A DNA stretch of 64,000 nt, taken from an uncultured Pseudomonadota bacterium. GTDB taxonomy: Bacteria; Pseudomonadota; Gammaproteobacteria; Ga0077536. The position numbers and the translations under genes are program-made. Location of the stretch: the NCBI GenBank assembly GCA_902551695.1, contig CACDEI010000001.1, forward strand, positions 17,564-81,563, written 5' to 3'. Under the pieces are notes generated by a model. The model worked only from the letters and a program-made list of their open reading frames with translations. It searched no databases and was not told the DNA's origin. Every line of letters begins with the position of its first letter. The stretch's first letter is position 1. This document shows, piece by piece, positions 1 through 11,737 of the stretch.

Positions 1-179
1 AAGGTAGTGGAGTCCCTCACAGGGAAAAGGTTGGGAAAGTAAATAGAGAACAACTAGAAGAGATTGTTAAATCAAAAGACGGAGATTTAACCGCTGCTGA
101 TATGAATGCGGCAGTAAGAACAATAGCAGGGACTGCACGTAGTATGGGAATTGAAGTAGAAGGGGTAAGTGATGCCTAA
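1..179 (+). CDS. rplK: 50S ribosomal protein L11, C-terminal part (5' end outside window)
   Basis: Frame-3 translation ...[50 protein letters not shown] matches the conserved L11 C-terminus; TAA at 177-179. Confidence 0.85.
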   Translation, partial: GSGVPHREKVGKVNREQLEEIVKSKDGDLTAADMNAAVRTIAGTARSMGIEVEGVSDA

Positions 180-876
180 GATTGGTAAACGTTTAAAGAG
201 TGTTCGTGATCGCTTGGGAGATGTAATGGAAGAAAGAAGCGCGGAAGATGCTTTAAGTTTATTGAAAGAGCTGACGTCAGTAAAATTTGATGAATCAGTG
301 GATGTGGCCATTAACTTGGGCATCGATCCAAAAAAATCGGATCAAGTAGTCCGAGGATCAACTGTTTTGCCTCATGGTCTGGGTAAGACAATTCGTGTTG
401 CTTTATTCGCAGATGGCTCCGATGCTGAAGCGGGAGCCGAGGCTGGTGCAGATGTAGTTGGTATGGATGACCTGGCAGATGATATAAAGAAGGGCAATAT
501 TAACTTTGATTTGGTTATTGCCACACCTGCTTCGATGCGAATCGTGGGGCAACTTGGCCAAATACTTGGTCCCAAGGGTCTTATGCCAAATCCGAAAGTC
601 GGAACTGTCAGCTCGGATGTCGCCACCGCAGTGCGGAATGCCAAAGCTGGTCAAGCCCAATTTCGGGCTGATAAGGCTGGTATTGTGCATTGTTCTATTG
701 GTAAGGCTTCATTTACTATCGAAGCTTTAAAAGAAAATTTAGAGACTGTGTTAAATGAGGTGCGAAAATCTAAACCCAGTTCCTCGAAAGGTGTGTATAT
801 GCAAACAATCTCTTTATCTACAACTATGGGGCCTGGGTTGTTAATCGATAAATCTTCTATTACAGCATTATCTTGA
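172..876 (+). CDS. rplA: 50S ribosomal protein L1
   Basis: ORF track 169..876; MPKIGKRLK...[10 protein letters not shown]...MPNPKVGTV strongly resembles E. coli L1. ATG at 172 with an AAGGGG Shine-Dalgarno upstream; overlaps the rplK stop. Confidence 0.95.
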   Translation: MPKIGKRLKSVRDRLGDVMEERSAEDALSLLKELTSVKFDESVDVAINLGIDPKKSDQVVRGSTVLPHGLGKTIRVALFADGSDAEAGAEAGADVVGMDDLADDIKKGNINFDLVIATPASMRIVGQLGQILGPKGLMPNPKVGTVSSDVATAVRNAKAGQAQFRADKAGIVHCSIGKASFTIEALKENLETVLNEVRKSKPSSSKGVYMQTISLSTTMGPGLLIDKSSITALS

Positions 877-1140
877 AAGTGAGGAAGCAATCTATTTTTA
901 AATCAACTAGGAGTACCTTTTATCGATTTTGAACGTTAGCTGTTATTCGTCAAAGACCGAGGGACCGTTGTTACGGATAATCTTTTCCTTCGCAGGCGGT
1001 TTAGTCGCAAAGATATTCGGGACCAAAGGTCTAATCGATGCAACCGCCAATGTTTGCGGATAATGATTGGGCAATTTGGGTAGGTTTTGAGCCTATATTA
1101 TAAAAATAACTAGAATGGATTGGATTGGAGGAGATCTAAA
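877..1140 (+). promoter_or_regulatory. rplJ (L10) 5' leader region; position corresponds to the L10(L12)4 autoregulatory leader of the rplJL-rpoBC operon
   Basis: 264-nt untranslated gap between rplA and rplJ in the position where E. coli carries the L10 leader; contains paired GGGACC-containing segments; possible internal promoter TTGAGC..N18..TAGAAT near 1090-1120. Confidence 0.35.
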
Positions 1141-1662
1141 ATGGGTCTGAATATCGAGGAAAAGAAAGCTGTAGTCTCGGATATGCATGAAGTGTTTCTG
1201 AATAGCCAAGCTGTGGTGGCTGCAGAGTATAGTGGTCTCACTGTGTCTCAGATGACTAATCTGAGACGCGAAGCTAGGGCCTTGGGCTTAACTGTTCGAG
1301 TAGCGAAAAACTCGTTGGCAAAGCTAGCAATAGCCGGTACTGGCCATGAATGTCTGAGAGATGATTTGGTTGGGCCACTAATCTTGATTATTTCAAAAGA
1401 TGACCCAGGGGCTGGCGCTCGGCTTGTGAAAGAATTTGCGAATGAAAATGAGCAACTTATCGCTAAAGCCATAGCTTTTGGTGGCGAGTCTAGGCCCGGC
1501 ACAGACCTAAATTTATTGGCATCAATGCCAACTTTGGATGAGGCTAGAGCTAAATTATTGTCGGTATTAAATGGTCCGGCTACTGCACTACTTAGGCTGT
1601 TAAAAGAGCCATCTAGTGTTTTGGTTAGGGTTTTGGTGGCAAAGAATCAAAAATCAGACTAG
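1141..1662 (+). CDS. rplJ: 50S ribosomal protein L10
   Basis: MGLNIEEKKAVV... aligns with E. coli L10 MALNLQDKQAIV; GGAGGAG Shine-Dalgarno 8 nt upstream; ORF track 1120..1662 starts further upstream. Confidence 0.9.
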   Translation: MGLNIEEKKAVVSDMHEVFLNSQAVVAAEYSGLTVSQMTNLRREARALGLTVRVAKNSLAKLAIAGTGHECLRDDLVGPLILIISKDDPGAGARLVKEFANENEQLIAKAIAFGGESRPGTDLNLLASMPTLDEARAKLLSVLNGPATALLRLLKEPSSVLVRVLVAKNQKSD

Positions 1663-1718
1663 TTTTTTGAAAGATAATTAAATAACAGACTTACGAATTA
1701 AAAATTAGGAGAAAGAAA

Positions 1719-2102
1719 ATGGCGGTTTCGAAGGAAGACTTGATAGAAACACTCAGTGGAATGTCTATTCTTGAAGTAACGGAATTAGTTTCAGAGCTTG
1801 AAGAAAAATGGGGCGTTTCTGCGGCAGCTGCTGTAGCAGCTCCAGTAGCAGCTGGTGGTGCCGAGGGTGCTGATGCCGGACAAGAGGCGAAGGACGAGTT
1901 CGACGTTGTCATGTCTAGTTTTGGAGATAACAAGGTGTCGGTGATAAAAGCGGTGAGAGCCATTACGGGCCTAGGCCTAAAAGAGGCCAAGGAAATGGTT
2001 GAAGGCGCCCCATCGACGGTAAAAGAAGCCGCATCGAAGGCTGACGCGGAAGAATGTAAAAAACAACTTGAAGAAGCTGGCGCTACTGTTGAATTGAAGT
2101 AG
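1719..2102 (+). CDS. rplL: 50S ribosomal protein L7/L12
   Basis: 127 aa; Ala-rich hinge and conserved C-terminal domain ([27 protein letters not shown]). Confidence 0.95.
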   Translation: MAVSKEDLIETLSGMSILEVTELVSELEEKWGVSAAAAVAAPVAAGGAEGADAGQEAKDEFDVVMSSFGDNKVSVIKAVRAITGLGLKEAKEMVEGAPSTVKEAASKADAEECKKQLEEAGATVELK

Positions 2103-2258
2103 GTAGCCTCTAAAAAACCAGTTGCCATTTCCGTTGCTGAGATCTCAACCCAGGGTGGCCGAGGCCTCATTGGTCCTTATCTCTTGAAGCGGAATTATGC
2201 TTAATCTGGATTAACGCAATAAAGTTAGGTTCTATCAAAACGAATAGGAAAAATTTTC

Positions 2259-5200
2259 ATGGGCTATTCTTACACCGAGAAAAAAAGAATCCGAAAAGAT
2301 TTTAGTAAAACTTCTCCGATAAGGGAAATACCTTATCTTCTGGAGACGCAAATACAATCTTACGAAAAATTTTTGCAAGAGCACACTAAGCCTGAAGATA
2401 GGGCCGATAGAGGATTGCATGCTGCCTTTAAATCGGTTTTTCCGATTGAGAGCTACTCGGGCAACGCTGTCTTGGAATATGTGAGTTACAGGTTGAGCAC
2501 CCCCACCTTCGACGTGAAAGAATGTCAAGTAAGAGGCTCCACCTATGCATCTTCCCTGAGAGTGACGGTGCGACTCGTGATTTACGATAAGGAATCGGGT
2601 GCGGAAAAACAGGTCAAGGATGTTAGAGAACAAGAGGTGTACATGGGCGAATTGCCTCTTATGACTAACACCGGAACTTTCGTGATAAACGGTACTGAGC
2701 GGGTAATCGTTTCTCAGTTGCATAGGTCTCCAGGTGTGTTTTTTGACCACGACAAGGGTAAGACCCACTCTTCTGGAAAACTATTGTTCTCGGCTAGGGT
2801 GATACCTTATAGGGGTTCTTGGTTGGATTTTGAATTTGATCCAAAGGATCATGTATATGTTCGAATAGACCGTCGTCGAAAATTGCCGTCTACCGTATTG
2901 CTTAGGGCGTTAGGTATGACTAATCAGGAGATACTTGAAACATTCTTTGAAAGGGATAAATTTACAATCCACTCCGACCAGGTAAGATTCGGATTAGTTC
3001 CAGAACGACTCCGAGGAGAAACTTTGGATTTTGATTTGGTTGGTCGGAAAGGCAAGATTATAGTTGAGGCTGGTAGAAGAGTAACTGCTAGGCATACCAA
3101 AGAGATTGAAAAAGAGGGAATTTCTGAAATTACGGTTCCGAAAAGTTTCCTTGTGGGTAAAACTTTGGCGGCAGACATAGTCAATGATCAGACGGGCGAA
3201 ATTTTAATCCCGGCGAACACAGAGGTTACTGAAGAGTTGTTGCTTCAACTTAATGAGCATGGAATTAAGGAAGTGGAGACAATCTATGCCAATGACCTTG
3301 ATCAAGGCGCATATATCTCCGACACTCTGAGGGTTGACTCAACTGCCTCAATACTAGACGCTCAAGTCGAAATATACCGAATGATGAGGCCTGGAGAGCC
3401 CCCAACAAAAGAGGCCGCAGAAAATCTCTTCAATAATTTATTTTTTAGTGAAGATCGATACGAATTATCACCAGTTGGCCGCATGAAGTTTAACCGGCGC
3501 ATGGGTCGCTCTGAGGTGGTAGGGTCTAGTACTCTGGATAAGAAGGATATCATCGATACTTTGAAGTGTTTGATAGACATAAGAAACGGAAAGGGAGTCG
3601 TCGATGATATAGATCACCTTGGAAATAGACGGGTTCGAAGTGTGGGGGAGATGGCTGAGAATCAATTTAGGGTTGGGTTGGTGCGAGTAGAACGAGCCGT
3701 GAAAGAACGATTGAGCTTGTCAGAATCTGAGGGATATATGCCCCAAGAGCTCATTAATGCGAAGCCAGTATCTGCAGTAATAAAGGAATTCTTCGGTTCA
3801 AGCCAACTCTCTCAATTTATGGATCAAAATAATCCTCTTTCTGAGATTACCCACAAAAGAAGAGTGTCTGCTTTAGGTCCGGGAGGTTTGACAAGAGAGC
3901 GGGCTGGGTTTGAGGTAAGAGACGTACATCCTACCCATTATGGTCGCGTTTGTCCGATAGAAACTCCTGAAGGGCCAAATATCGGGTTGATTAACTCGTT
4001 GGCAGTATATGCTCGAACAAACGAGTATGGGTTTCTGGAGACGCCTTATCGAAAAGTGGAAGATGGTGTTGTCACGGACGAGATTGAATATCTTTCGGCT
4101 ATTGAGGAAGGTCAATATGTGATCGCGCAGGCCAACGCCCCTCGTTCAGGAAAGGGCGAACTAGAGGATAATTTGGTCTCAGCGAGACATCAAAATGAGT
4201 TTGTTCTTGCCCCATCAGAGAATGTTCAATACATGGACGTTTCGCCCAGGCAAATAGTTTCAGTGGCGGCGGCTCTCATTCCCTTTCTTGAGCATGATGA
4301 TGCGAATAGAGCGCTAATGGGATCGAACATGCAGCGCCAAGCCGTGCCAACGCTAAAGGCAGAAAAGCCCCTGGTAGGAACGGGGATAGAGCGAACGGTT
4401 GCTAGGGACTCTGGGGTTACCGTTGTTGCCCGTCGTGGAGGCGAAATATACTCAGTTGACGCAAGTCGTATTGTTGTTCGAGTAAATGACGAAGAGGCAA
4501 GGTTGGGTGAAGCAGGTGTGGACATATATAATTTGACAAAATATACGAGATCCAATCAAAACACTTGTATTAATCAACGTCCTTTGGTCAGAATGGGTGA
4601 CAAAGTTATGAGTGGAGATGTGTTGGCAGATGGTCCATCAACAGATCTTGGGGAGCTTGCTCTGGGGCAAAATATGTTGGTGGCATTCATGCCTTGGAAC
4701 GGTTATAACTTCGAGGACTCGATTCTTATTTCCGAGCGAGTGGTGGTGGAAGATAGGTTTACTTCGATCCATATTGAGGAACTCACTTGTGTTGCTCGGG
4801 ACACTAAACTTGGTTCGGAGGAAATTACTGGGGATATTCCAAATGTTAGTGAGAGTGCCCTTTCGAAGCTCGATGAAGCAGGTATAGTATATATCGGGGC
4901 TGAAGTGAGCCCCGGAGACATACTTGTTGGAAAGGTCACCCCCAAAGGTGAAACCCAATTGACGCCCGAGGAAAAACTTTTAAGAGCTATATTTGGTGAA
5001 AAGGCTTCCGATGTAAAAGATACTTCATTACGGGTGCCATCTGGCATGAGCGGAACAGTGATAGATGTGCAAGTGTTTACCAGAGATGGGATCGATAAAG
5101 ATCAGCGTGCAATGGAGATTGAAGAAAATGACATTGCTAATGCTAGAAAGGATCTCACCGACAGATTGAAAATATTAGAGGCTGATATCTTCCAACGTGT

Positions 5201-6341
5201 GGAAAAATTGTTAGTAGGTAAGGCGATTTTGAAAGGGCCATCCCCAGTGACAAGCTCCTCGAAGTTAACCAAAGATGTTTTGAACTCGGTTGATAAAAAA
5301 AGATGGTTTGATTTTGAACTAAAAGATGAAGAGGGAAATGCTAAACTGGAAAAGTTGTCAGAGCAACTTGAGAGGCATCAAAAGGACTTTAGGGAGGAGC
5401 TTGAAGAGAAACGAGCGAAGATTACGGCTGGGGACGATCTGGCTCCTGGAGTGCTGAAAATGACTAAAGTCTATCTGGCTGTCAAAAGAAGGATGCAGCC
5501 GGGAGATAAAATGGCAGGGCGCCATGGTAACAAAGGTGTCGTCTCCATGATCGTTCCCGTTGAGGATATGCCCTATATGGAGGATGGAACTCCAGTAGAC
5601 ATTGTGCTAAATCCTCTAGGCGTGCCCTCTAGAATGAATGTAGGACAGGTGCTAGAGACTCATTTAGGATTTGCAGCAAAGGGGCTGGGAGAGCGGATCG
5701 GCGTGATGGCAAGAAAAAACACGACTGAAACTTGCGATCAGCTCAGAAGTTTCCTGAGAGATATTTACGAAATGGATGGTCAAAAGGAGGATCTGGATTC
5801 CTTAACCGATCCTGAAATTCTTCTTCTTTGTGAAAATTTAAAAGATGGTGTGCCAATGGCTACTCCCGTTTTTGATGGTGCTCATGAGGAGCAAATTCGT
5901 GCAATGTTGAAATTGGCGAGTAAGCCAGAACATGGTCAGATGATCTTGAGAGATGGAAGGACGGGTAACGAGCTAGAGCGGGAGGTTACTGTGGGGTACA
6001 TGTACATGCTGAAGTTGAATCACTTGGTAGACGACAAGATGCATGCCAGATCTACTGGTCCTTATAGTTTGGTCACGCAGCAACCTTTGGGAGGTAAAGC
6101 CCAATTTGGTGGTCAACGTTTTGGAGAGATGGAAGTCTGGGCTCTGGAGGCATACGGGGCCTCCTACACTCTTAGAGAGATGTTAACTGTTAAGTCGGAT
6201 GATGTTAGTGGCAGAACAAAAATGTATAAAAATATTGTCGATGGAGAACCTAAAATTGATGCTGGAATGCCAGAATCATTCAACGTACTGTTGAAGGAAA
6301 TGCGATCTCTGTCTATTGATATCGAGCTAGACCAGGACTAG
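2259..6341 (+). CDS. rpoB: DNA-directed RNA polymerase subunit beta
   Basis: 1360 aa; collinear with E. coli RpoB ([15 protein letters not shown]...). Confidence 0.98.
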   Translation: MGYSYTEKKRIRKDFSKTSPIREIPYLLETQIQSYEKFLQEHTKPEDRADRGLHAAFKSVFPIESYSGNAVLEYVSYRLSTPTFDVKECQVRGSTYASSLRVTVRLVIYDKESGAEKQVKDVREQEVYMGELPLMTNTGTFVINGTERVIVSQLHRSPGVFFDHDKGKTHSSGKLLFSARVIPYRGSWLDFEFDPKDHVYVRIDRRRKLPSTVLLRALGMTNQEILETFFERDKFTIHSDQVRFGLVPERLRGETLDFDLVGRKGKIIVEAGRRVTARHTKEIEKEGISEITVPKSFLVGKTLAADIVNDQTGEILIPANTEVTEELLLQLNEHGIKEVETIYANDLDQGAYISDTLRVDSTASILDAQVEIYRMMRPGEPPTKEAAENLFNNLFFSEDRYELSPVGRMKFNRRMGRSEVVGSSTLDKKDIIDTLKCLIDIRNGKGVVDDIDHLGNRRVRSVGEMAENQFRVGLVRVERAVKERLSLSESEGYMPQELINAKPVSAVIKEFFGSSQLSQFMDQNNPLSEITHKRRVSALGPGGLTRERAGFEVRDVHPTHYGRVCPIETPEGPNIGLINSLAVYARTNEYGFLETPYRKVEDGVVTDEIEYLSAIEEGQYVIAQANAPRSGKGELEDNLVSARHQNEFVLAPSENVQYMDVSPRQIVSVAAALIPFLEHDDANRALMGSNMQRQAVPTLKAEKPLVGTGIERTVARDSGVTVVARRGGEIYSVDASRIVVRVNDEEARLGEAGVDIYNLTKYTRSNQNTCINQRPLVRMGDKVMSGDVLADGPSTDLGELALGQNMLVAFMPWNGYNFEDSILISERVVVEDRFTSIHIEELTCVARDTKLGSEEITGDIPNVSESALSKLDEAGIVYIGAEVSPGDILVGKVTPKGETQLTPEEKLLRAIFGEKASDVKDTSLRVPSGMSGTVIDVQVFTRDGIDKDQRAMEIEENDIANARKDLTDRLKILEADIFQRVEKLLVGKAILKGPSPVTSSSKLTKDVLNSVDKKRWFDFELKDEEGNAKLEKLSEQLERHQKDFREELEEKRAKITAGDDLAPGVLKMTKVYLAVKRRMQPGDKMAGRHGNKGVVSMIVPVEDMPYMEDGTPVDIVLNPLGVPSRMNVGQVLETHLGFAAKGLGERIGVMARKNTTETCDQLRSFLRDIYEMDGQKEDLDSLTDPEILLLCENLKDGVPMATPVFDGAHEEQIRAMLKLASKPEHGQMILRDGRTGNELEREVTVGYMYMLKLNHLVDDKMHARSTGPYSLVTQQPLGGKAQFGGQRFGEMEVWALEAYGASYTLREMLTVKSDDVSGRTKMYKNIVDGEPKIDAGMPESFNVLLKEMRSLSIDIELDQD

Positions 6342-6383
6342 GTCCAGGACAGCTAAGCGAAGCTTTATAAGGAGTATTTTATT

Positions 6384-9300
6384 GTGAAAGACTTACTCGA
6401 TCTGATTAAGAACCAGGGACAATCGGAAGAATTTGATACTATACGTATTGGCTTAGCTTCACCCGAAAAGATTCGTTCTTGGTCTTTTGGCGAAGTAAAA
6501 AAACCCGAAACGATCAATTATCGAACTTTTAAACCTGAGAGAGACGGTCTTTTCTGCGCAAAAATTTTTGGTCCTACCAAAGATTATGAATGTTTGTGCG
6601 GCAAGTACAAAAGGTTAAAACATCGTGGTGTGGTCTGTGAGAAATGTGGTGTCGAGGTTACTTTAACTAAAGTACGACGTGAAAGGATGGGTCATATAGA
6701 ATTGGCTAGCCCGGTCGCTCATATTTGGTTCTTAAAATCGCTACCATCCCGTATGGGTCTATTGTTGGATATGACCTTGAGGGAAATTGAAAGAGTTTTA
6801 TATTTTGAGGCTTATGCGGTAGTTGATCCTGGGATGACTGATCTCGAAAAAGGTCAGTTGCTTAAGGAGGAAGAATATATAGAAGCAGTAGAGACTTATG
6901 GAATAGATGAATTTCAAGCAAAAATGGGAGCTGAAGCCATTTTTGATTTGTTGAAGGCGGTTAGTTTGGGGGAGGAGGTTGCTCATATTAGGGACGAGCT
7001 GCCGAAGACTAATTCTGAGACTAAAATAAAAAAATTGACTAAAAGGTTGAAGTTAATCGAGGCTTTTACTAAGTCGGGAAATAACCCTGAGTGGATGGTT
7101 CTAAAAGTACTACCAGTTTTACCCCCAGAATTGCGTCCTCTAGTTCCCTTGGATGGCGGTAGATTTGCAACATCAGATTTAAACGATCTTTACCGGAGGG
7201 TCATCAACCGCAATAATCGATTAAAAAGACTACTTGAGTTAAATGCACCTGACATTATCGTGCGCAATGAAAAAAGGATGCTGCAGGAGTCTGTAGATGC
7301 TTTGTTAGATAATGGTCGACGAGGTAGGGCTATAACGGGTTCGAATAAGTTGCCTTTAAAGTCATTAGCAGACATGATTAAGGGTAAGCAGGGACGATTT
7401 CGTCAAAACCTCCTTGGTAAAAGGGTTGACTATTCTGGTCGTTCAGTAATTGTCGTGGGCCCCACTTTGAAGCTTCATCAATGCGGACTGCCTAAAAAAA
7501 TGGCTTTGGAGCTCTTTAAGCCATTTATTTTTAGCAAGCTAGAGAAAAGAGGTTTGGCGACAACTATCAAAGCGGCAAAGAAATTAGTCGAGAAAGAAGG
7601 TTCTGAGGTCTGGGATATTCTCGAAGAAGTCATTAGAGAGCATCCTGTTATGCTGAATAGGGCTCCCACGCTACATAGGTTGGGGATACAAGCATTCGAG
7701 CCGGTTCTTATCGAAGGAAAGGCCATACAGTTGCATCCTCTTGTTTGTACTGCCTTTAATGCTGATTTCGATGGTGATCAAATGGCGGTGCATGTGCCCT
7801 TGTCTGTAGAGGCTCAGCTAGAAGCCAGAACATTGATGATGTCTACCAACAATATTCTATCTCCTGCAAATGGTGACCCGATCATAGTGCCAACTCAGGA
7901 TGTGGTTTTGGGTCTATATTATCTTACTCGCGAGTCTGCAGACGCAGACGGTACGGGGATGATTTTCTCAAGTATCGATGAGGCCCACAGAGCATATGAG
8001 ACTGGTGCTGCCAGCCTTCACGCCAGTTGCAAAGTCCGTATGGAGCTAAGTGAATATGATGACAATGGAGATATTTCTCAGGTTAAGAGGTTGGTAGAGA
8101 CAACGGTTGGAAGGGCGGTACTTTCTGGTTTGCTCCCGAAAGGATTGCCTTTCTCTTTAATGAATAAAACCTTAAATAAAAAGGCGATCTCCCGAATGTT
8201 TGACAGTTGTTACCGGATCATAGGACTTAAGGAATCTGTGATTTTTGCTGACAGGTTAATGTATATGGGCTTTCAGCATGCTACCAAAGCGGGTGTGTCA
8301 ATCGGCGTTGAAGATATGGTTGTTCCTGATGAGAAGGAATCAATCATCAATGAGGCTGAAACGCAAGTGAATGAAATAGCGGAACAATACGCCTCTGGCC
8401 TTGTTACGACAGGCGAAAGATATAACAAGACGGTGGATATTTGGTCTCATACAAATGATCATGTGGCTAAAGCCATGATGGATAAATTGGGTAATGAAGT
8501 TGTTAAAAACAAATCGGGAGAAGAAGTAAAACAGGACTCATTTAATTCTATTTTTATGATGGCGGATTCCGGAGCTCGTGGATCTGCCGCTCAAATCAGA
8601 CAACTTGCCGGAATGAGGGGGCTCATGGCGAAGCCGGATGGCTCTATTATTGAAACTCCTATCACTGCGAATTTCAGAGAAGGTTTGGACGTTCTGCAGT
8701 ACTTTATCTCTACACACGGCGCTCGAAAGGGACTGGCTGATACGGCTTTAAAAACTGCTAATTCCGGATATCTTACCCGTCGATTAGTTGATGTCGCGCA
8801 GGATCTAGTGATCACGGAAATGGATTGCGGGACTGAAGAGGGCATGCTGATGACTCCAATTATAGAGGGTGGTGACGTTATTGAGGCATTGGGCGACCGA
8901 ATATTGGGGAGGGTGGCTGCACAAGATGTTAAAAAACCTGGTGAAGAAACAGTTCTCCTAAAGGCTGGAACATTAATTGAAGAAAGAGAAGTGCTTTTCT
9001 TGGATGAAAACGGAGCAGATGAGGTCGTAGTTCGCTCTGCTATAACTTGTGCCACTAGATACGGTGTTTGCGCCACCTGTTATGGCCGAGATCTCGGACG
9101 AGGGCAGCTTGCGAACAAGGGTGAAGCAGTCGGCGTGATTGCTGCGCAGTCGATAGGTGAGCCAGGTACGCAGTTGACGATGAGAACTTTTCATATTGGA
9201 GGAGCAGCTTCCCGAGCCGCTGCCGTTAATAGTATAGAAGTTAAATCTGATGGAACTATTAGACATGTTAATGTGAAGACCGTTGCAAAGGGTGATGGAA

Positions 9301-10643
9301 GCTTTGTGTCAGTTTCCAGATCTGGAGAACTAGTTGTTAATGACGAGAGTGGGCGTAGTCGCGAAAGACACAAGGTTCCCTACGGTGCGGTGATTGTTGT
9401 TGGTGACAGCGCTGAGGTAAAGGCAGGTCAGTCTGTGGCCTCATGGGATCCCCATACGCACCCCATTATTTGCGAGGTCGAGGGTAAGGTGGTTTTTCAA
9501 GACCTTGTAGATAACTTAACAATTACCAGACAGACCGATGATATTACTGGCTTATCTAGCGTAGTAGTGAGCGATCTGAAACAGAGAGGACCAACAGCTA
9601 AGGATATGAAACCCTCAATTAGGTTAGTAGATGAAAAAGGACACGATAAGAAGTCTGCTAATTCTGATATTCCAGTTAACTACTTTTTGCCTCCCAATGC
9701 GGTAGTAACAGTGGAAGAGGGTCAAGAAGTTGCTATGGGAGATGTTGTAGCGAGAGTTCCGCAAGAGTCTCTAAAGACAAGAGACATCACTGGAGGTCTG
9801 CCAAGAGTAGCGGATTTATTTGAGGCTAGAAAACCAAAAGATGCCGCTATTTTGGCTGAAGCAACAGGGCTAGTTTCATATGGTAAAGAGACTAAAGGTA
9901 AGCAACGTCTTGTAATAACTGGAACGGATGGAGAAGAAATTGAAACTCTCATACCTAAGTGGAGACACATTAACGTTTTTGAGGGTGAGACGGTAGAAAA
10001 AGGGGAGATGATTTGTGATGGACCACCTGATGCTCATGATATTCTCAGGCTAAAGGGGGTTCATGAATTAACTTCCTATATCGTAAATGAAGTACAAGAG
10101 GTTTATCGACTACAGGGAGTTCGAATAAACGAAAAACACATTGAGGTGATCGTAAAACAAATGCTGAGAAAGGTAGAAGTTGTGGATGGCGGAGACACCA
10201 GTTTCCTTGCGGGCGAACAAATAGAACGAGAGCGTTTAATGGAAGAAAATGAAAAAGTAGAAAGCCAAGGTGGAATAACTGCGCAAGGACAACAACTTCT
10301 CCTAGGTATAACGAAGGCCTCATTAGCTACGGAGTCCTTTATTTCAGCTGCATCTTTTCAAGAAACCACTAGAGTCCTTACAGAGGCCTCTGTGACCGGG
10401 AAAAAAGATGAATTGAGGGGATTGAAAGAAAACGTAATTGTGGGGCGATTGATTCCTGCAGGCACTGGATTTGCTTACCATATCGATCGGAAAAGAGAAT
10501 CGAACGCTTCCACGATGGAGGATATAAATGCCGAATTGATCGCTGAATTAAGAGAGGCCGAGAGTCAAGGTGAGATAAAAACTGAGACTAGTATAGATGG
10601 GCAGAGTGATGGTGCACTGGAGCCTACAACTAAAAGTGCGTAA
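6384..10643 (+). CDS. rpoC: DNA-directed RNA polymerase subunit beta'
   Basis: 1419 aa; GTG start; [11 protein letters not shown]...[14 protein letters not shown] catalytic motif; near-identical blocks to E. coli RpoC. Confidence 0.98.
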   Translation: MKDLLDLIKNQGQSEEFDTIRIGLASPEKIRSWSFGEVKKPETINYRTFKPERDGLFCAKIFGPTKDYECLCGKYKRLKHRGVVCEKCGVEVTLTKVRRERMGHIELASPVAHIWFLKSLPSRMGLLLDMTLREIERVLYFEAYAVVDPGMTDLEKGQLLKEEEYIEAVETYGIDEFQAKMGAEAIFDLLKAVSLGEEVAHIRDELPKTNSETKIKKLTKRLKLIEAFTKSGNNPEWMVLKVLPVLPPELRPLVPLDGGRFATSDLNDLYRRVINRNNRLKRLLELNAPDIIVRNEKRMLQESVDALLDNGRRGRAITGSNKLPLKSLADMIKGKQGRFRQNLLGKRVDYSGRSVIVVGPTLKLHQCGLPKKMALELFKPFIFSKLEKRGLATTIKAAKKLVEKEGSEVWDILEEVIREHPVMLNRAPTLHRLGIQAFEPVLIEGKAIQLHPLVCTAFNADFDGDQMAVHVPLSVEAQLEARTLMMSTNNILSPANGDPIIVPTQDVVLGLYYLTRESADADGTGMIFSSIDEAHRAYETGAASLHASCKVRMELSEYDDNGDISQVKRLVETTVGRAVLSGLLPKGLPFSLMNKTLNKKAISRMFDSCYRIIGLKESVIFADRLMYMGFQHATKAGVSIGVEDMVVPDEKESIINEAETQVNEIAEQYASGLVTTGERYNKTVDIWSHTNDHVAKAMMDKLGNEVVKNKSGEEVKQDSFNSIFMMADSGARGSAAQIRQLAGMRGLMAKPDGSIIETPITANFREGLDVLQYFISTHGARKGLADTALKTANSGYLTRRLVDVAQDLVITEMDCGTEEGMLMTPIIEGGDVIEALGDRILGRVAAQDVKKPGEETVLLKAGTLIEEREVLFLDENGADEVVVRSAITCATRYGVCATCYGRDLGRGQLANKGEAVGVIAAQSIGEPGTQLTMRTFHIGGAASRAAAVNSIEVKSDGTIRHVNVKTVAKGDGSFVSVSRSGELVVNDESGRSRERHKVPYGAVIVVGDSAEVKAGQSVASWDPHTHPIICEVEGKVVFQDLVDNLTITRQTDDITGLSSVVVSDLKQRGPTAKDMKPSIRLVDEKGHDKKSANSDIPVNYFLPPNAVVTVEEGQEVAMGDVVARVPQESLKTRDITGGLPRVADLFEARKPKDAAILAEATGLVSYGKETKGKQRLVITGTDGEEIETLIPKWRHINVFEGETVEKGEMICDGPPDAHDILRLKGVHELTSYIVNEVQEVYRLQGVRINEKHIEVIVKQMLRKVEVVDGGDTSFLAGEQIERERLMEENEKVESQGGITAQGQQLLLGITKASLATESFISAASFQETTRVLTEASVTGKKDELRGLKENVIVGRLIPAGTGFAYHIDRKRESNASTMEDINAELIAELREAESQGEIKTETSIDGQSDGALEPTTKSA

Positions 10644-10649
10644 TTGTGA

Positions 10650-10677
10650 TTGACAAAGAATCGTCAAAGTATATAAT
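10650..10677 (+). promoter_or_regulatory. Putative sigma70 promoter of the str operon (TTGACA-N16-TATAAT)
   Basis: TTGACA at 10650-10655 and TATAAT at 10672-10677, beginning 7 nt after the rpoC stop codon. Confidence 0.5.
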
Positions 10678-10737
10678 TTGCCGGCTCTGATGGGTTTTTT
10701 TGGGGGCCAAACTAGGTCCAATTCTGTATAAGCTTTT

Positions 10738-10774
10738 CACTTATCTCTGGGCCCGCGCCCCCGAGAGATAAGTG
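10738..10774 (+). promoter_or_regulatory. Long imperfect inverted repeat (about 11+3 bp stem) in the rpsL 5' UTR
   Basis: CACTTATCTCTGGG...CCCGAGAGATAAGTG; the two arms are reverse complements; no downstream U-tract, so not an intrinsic terminator. Confidence 0.5.
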
Positions 10775-10852
10775 GCTCACTTGAGTTCATGGATGCGCGG
10801 ACTCGCACTTTGTGTGGGTTAATAAATGAGAGAAAATTTTTGGATGTAACAA

Positions 10853-11227
10853 ATGGCGACTATTAATCAACTTGTGCGGAAACCGCGGAAAAAGCAGATA
10901 AAGAAAAGCAATGTTCCTGCGCTGCAAGCAAGCCCGCAGAAAAGAGGAGTTTGCACGCGGGTCTATACTACCACTCCCAAGAAACCGAACTCCGCGTTAA
11001 GAAAGGTAGCTAGGGTCCGTCTTACTAACGGGCAGGAGGTCACCACCTACATCGGAGGAGAGGGCCACAATCTGCAGGAACACTCTGTAATACTTATCAG
11101 GGGAGGACGAGTAAAGGACCTACCAGGTGTTAGATATCATACGGTCAGAGGCACATTGGACACTTCAGGGGTGGCAGATCGCCGAAAAGGTCGTTCAAAA
11201 TATGGCGCTAAAAAGCCAAAATCTTAA
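10853..11227 (+). CDS. rpsL: 30S ribosomal protein S12
   Basis: 124 aa; [12 protein letters not shown]...[11 protein letters not shown] conserved. Confidence 0.97.
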   Translation: MATINQLVRKPRKKQIKKSNVPALQASPQKRGVCTRVYTTTPKKPNSALRKVARVRLTNGQEVTTYIGGEGHNLQEHSVILIRGGRVKDLPGVRYHTVRGTLDTSGVADRRKGRSKYGAKKPKS

Positions 11228-11242
11228 GGTGAGCTTTTAAAC

Positions 11243-11713
11243 ATGTCCCGACGTCACGTAGCTGCAAAACGACAGATTCTCCCGGACCCTAAGTACGGCG
11301 ACAAGGTTCTGGCTAAATTCATCAACATGGTTATGTCGCACGGTAAAAAAGCGGTAGCAGAGAAAATAGTTTATGGTGCTCTAGATACAGTGCAGTCAAA
11401 AGGTCACGAATCGGCAGTAGACGTTTTTAAGCAGGCTTTGGAAAATGTGGAGCCCAGAGTAGAAGTTAAGTCAAGGAGGGTAGGAGGTGCTACCTATCAA
11501 GTTCCTGTTGAGGTTCATCCTTCTAGGCGACTGGCACTGGCCATGAGATGGCTGGTCGATTCAGCCCGAAAACGAAATGAACAATCCATGGGCCAAAGGC
11601 TTGCTGGCGAGCTTTTAGAAGCCTTTGAAAATCGTGGATCGGCCGTCAAAAAACGCGAAGACACCCACAAAATGGCTGAAGCCAATAGGGCGTTTTCTCA
11701 CTACCGTTGGTAA
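11243..11713 (+). CDS. rpsG: 30S ribosomal protein S7
   Basis: 156 aa; [19 protein letters not shown]... Confidence 0.97.
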   Translation: MSRRHVAAKRQILPDPKYGDKVLAKFINMVMSHGKKAVAEKIVYGALDTVQSKGHESAVDVFKQALENVEPRVEVKSRRVGGATYQVPVEVHPSRRLALAMRWLVDSARKRNEQSMGQRLAGELLEAFENRGSAVKKREDTHKMAEANRAFSHYRW

Positions 11714-11737
11714 GTAAGAAGATTTGGATAAGCCAGC

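Noticed and set aside
1691-2170. 159-aa minus-strand ORF (Ala/Ser-rich) overlapping rplL
   Set aside because: Antisense to a highly conserved r-protein gene. Its composition merely mirrors the GCN-rich L7/L12 hinge; no RBS or start context. The same reasoning applies to the many 60-160 aa antisense or alternate-frame ORFs inside rpoB, rpoC, fusA, tuf and the r-protein genes (for example 8591-9076, 11707-12030, 14462-14800, 16294-16548).
2103-2258. rplL-rpoB intergenic attenuator/terminator as in E. coli
   Set aside because: Only short palindromes are visible (GAGATCTC, GGCCGAGGCC, TTAATCTGGATTAA). There is no convincing GC stem followed by a U-tract, so it is not annotated.
10680-10710. GGGTTTTTTTGGGGG as an rpoC intrinsic terminator
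   Set aside because: No complementary C-rich arm precedes the T-run, and it lies downstream of the putative rpsL promoter. It was treated as part of the rpsL leader instead.
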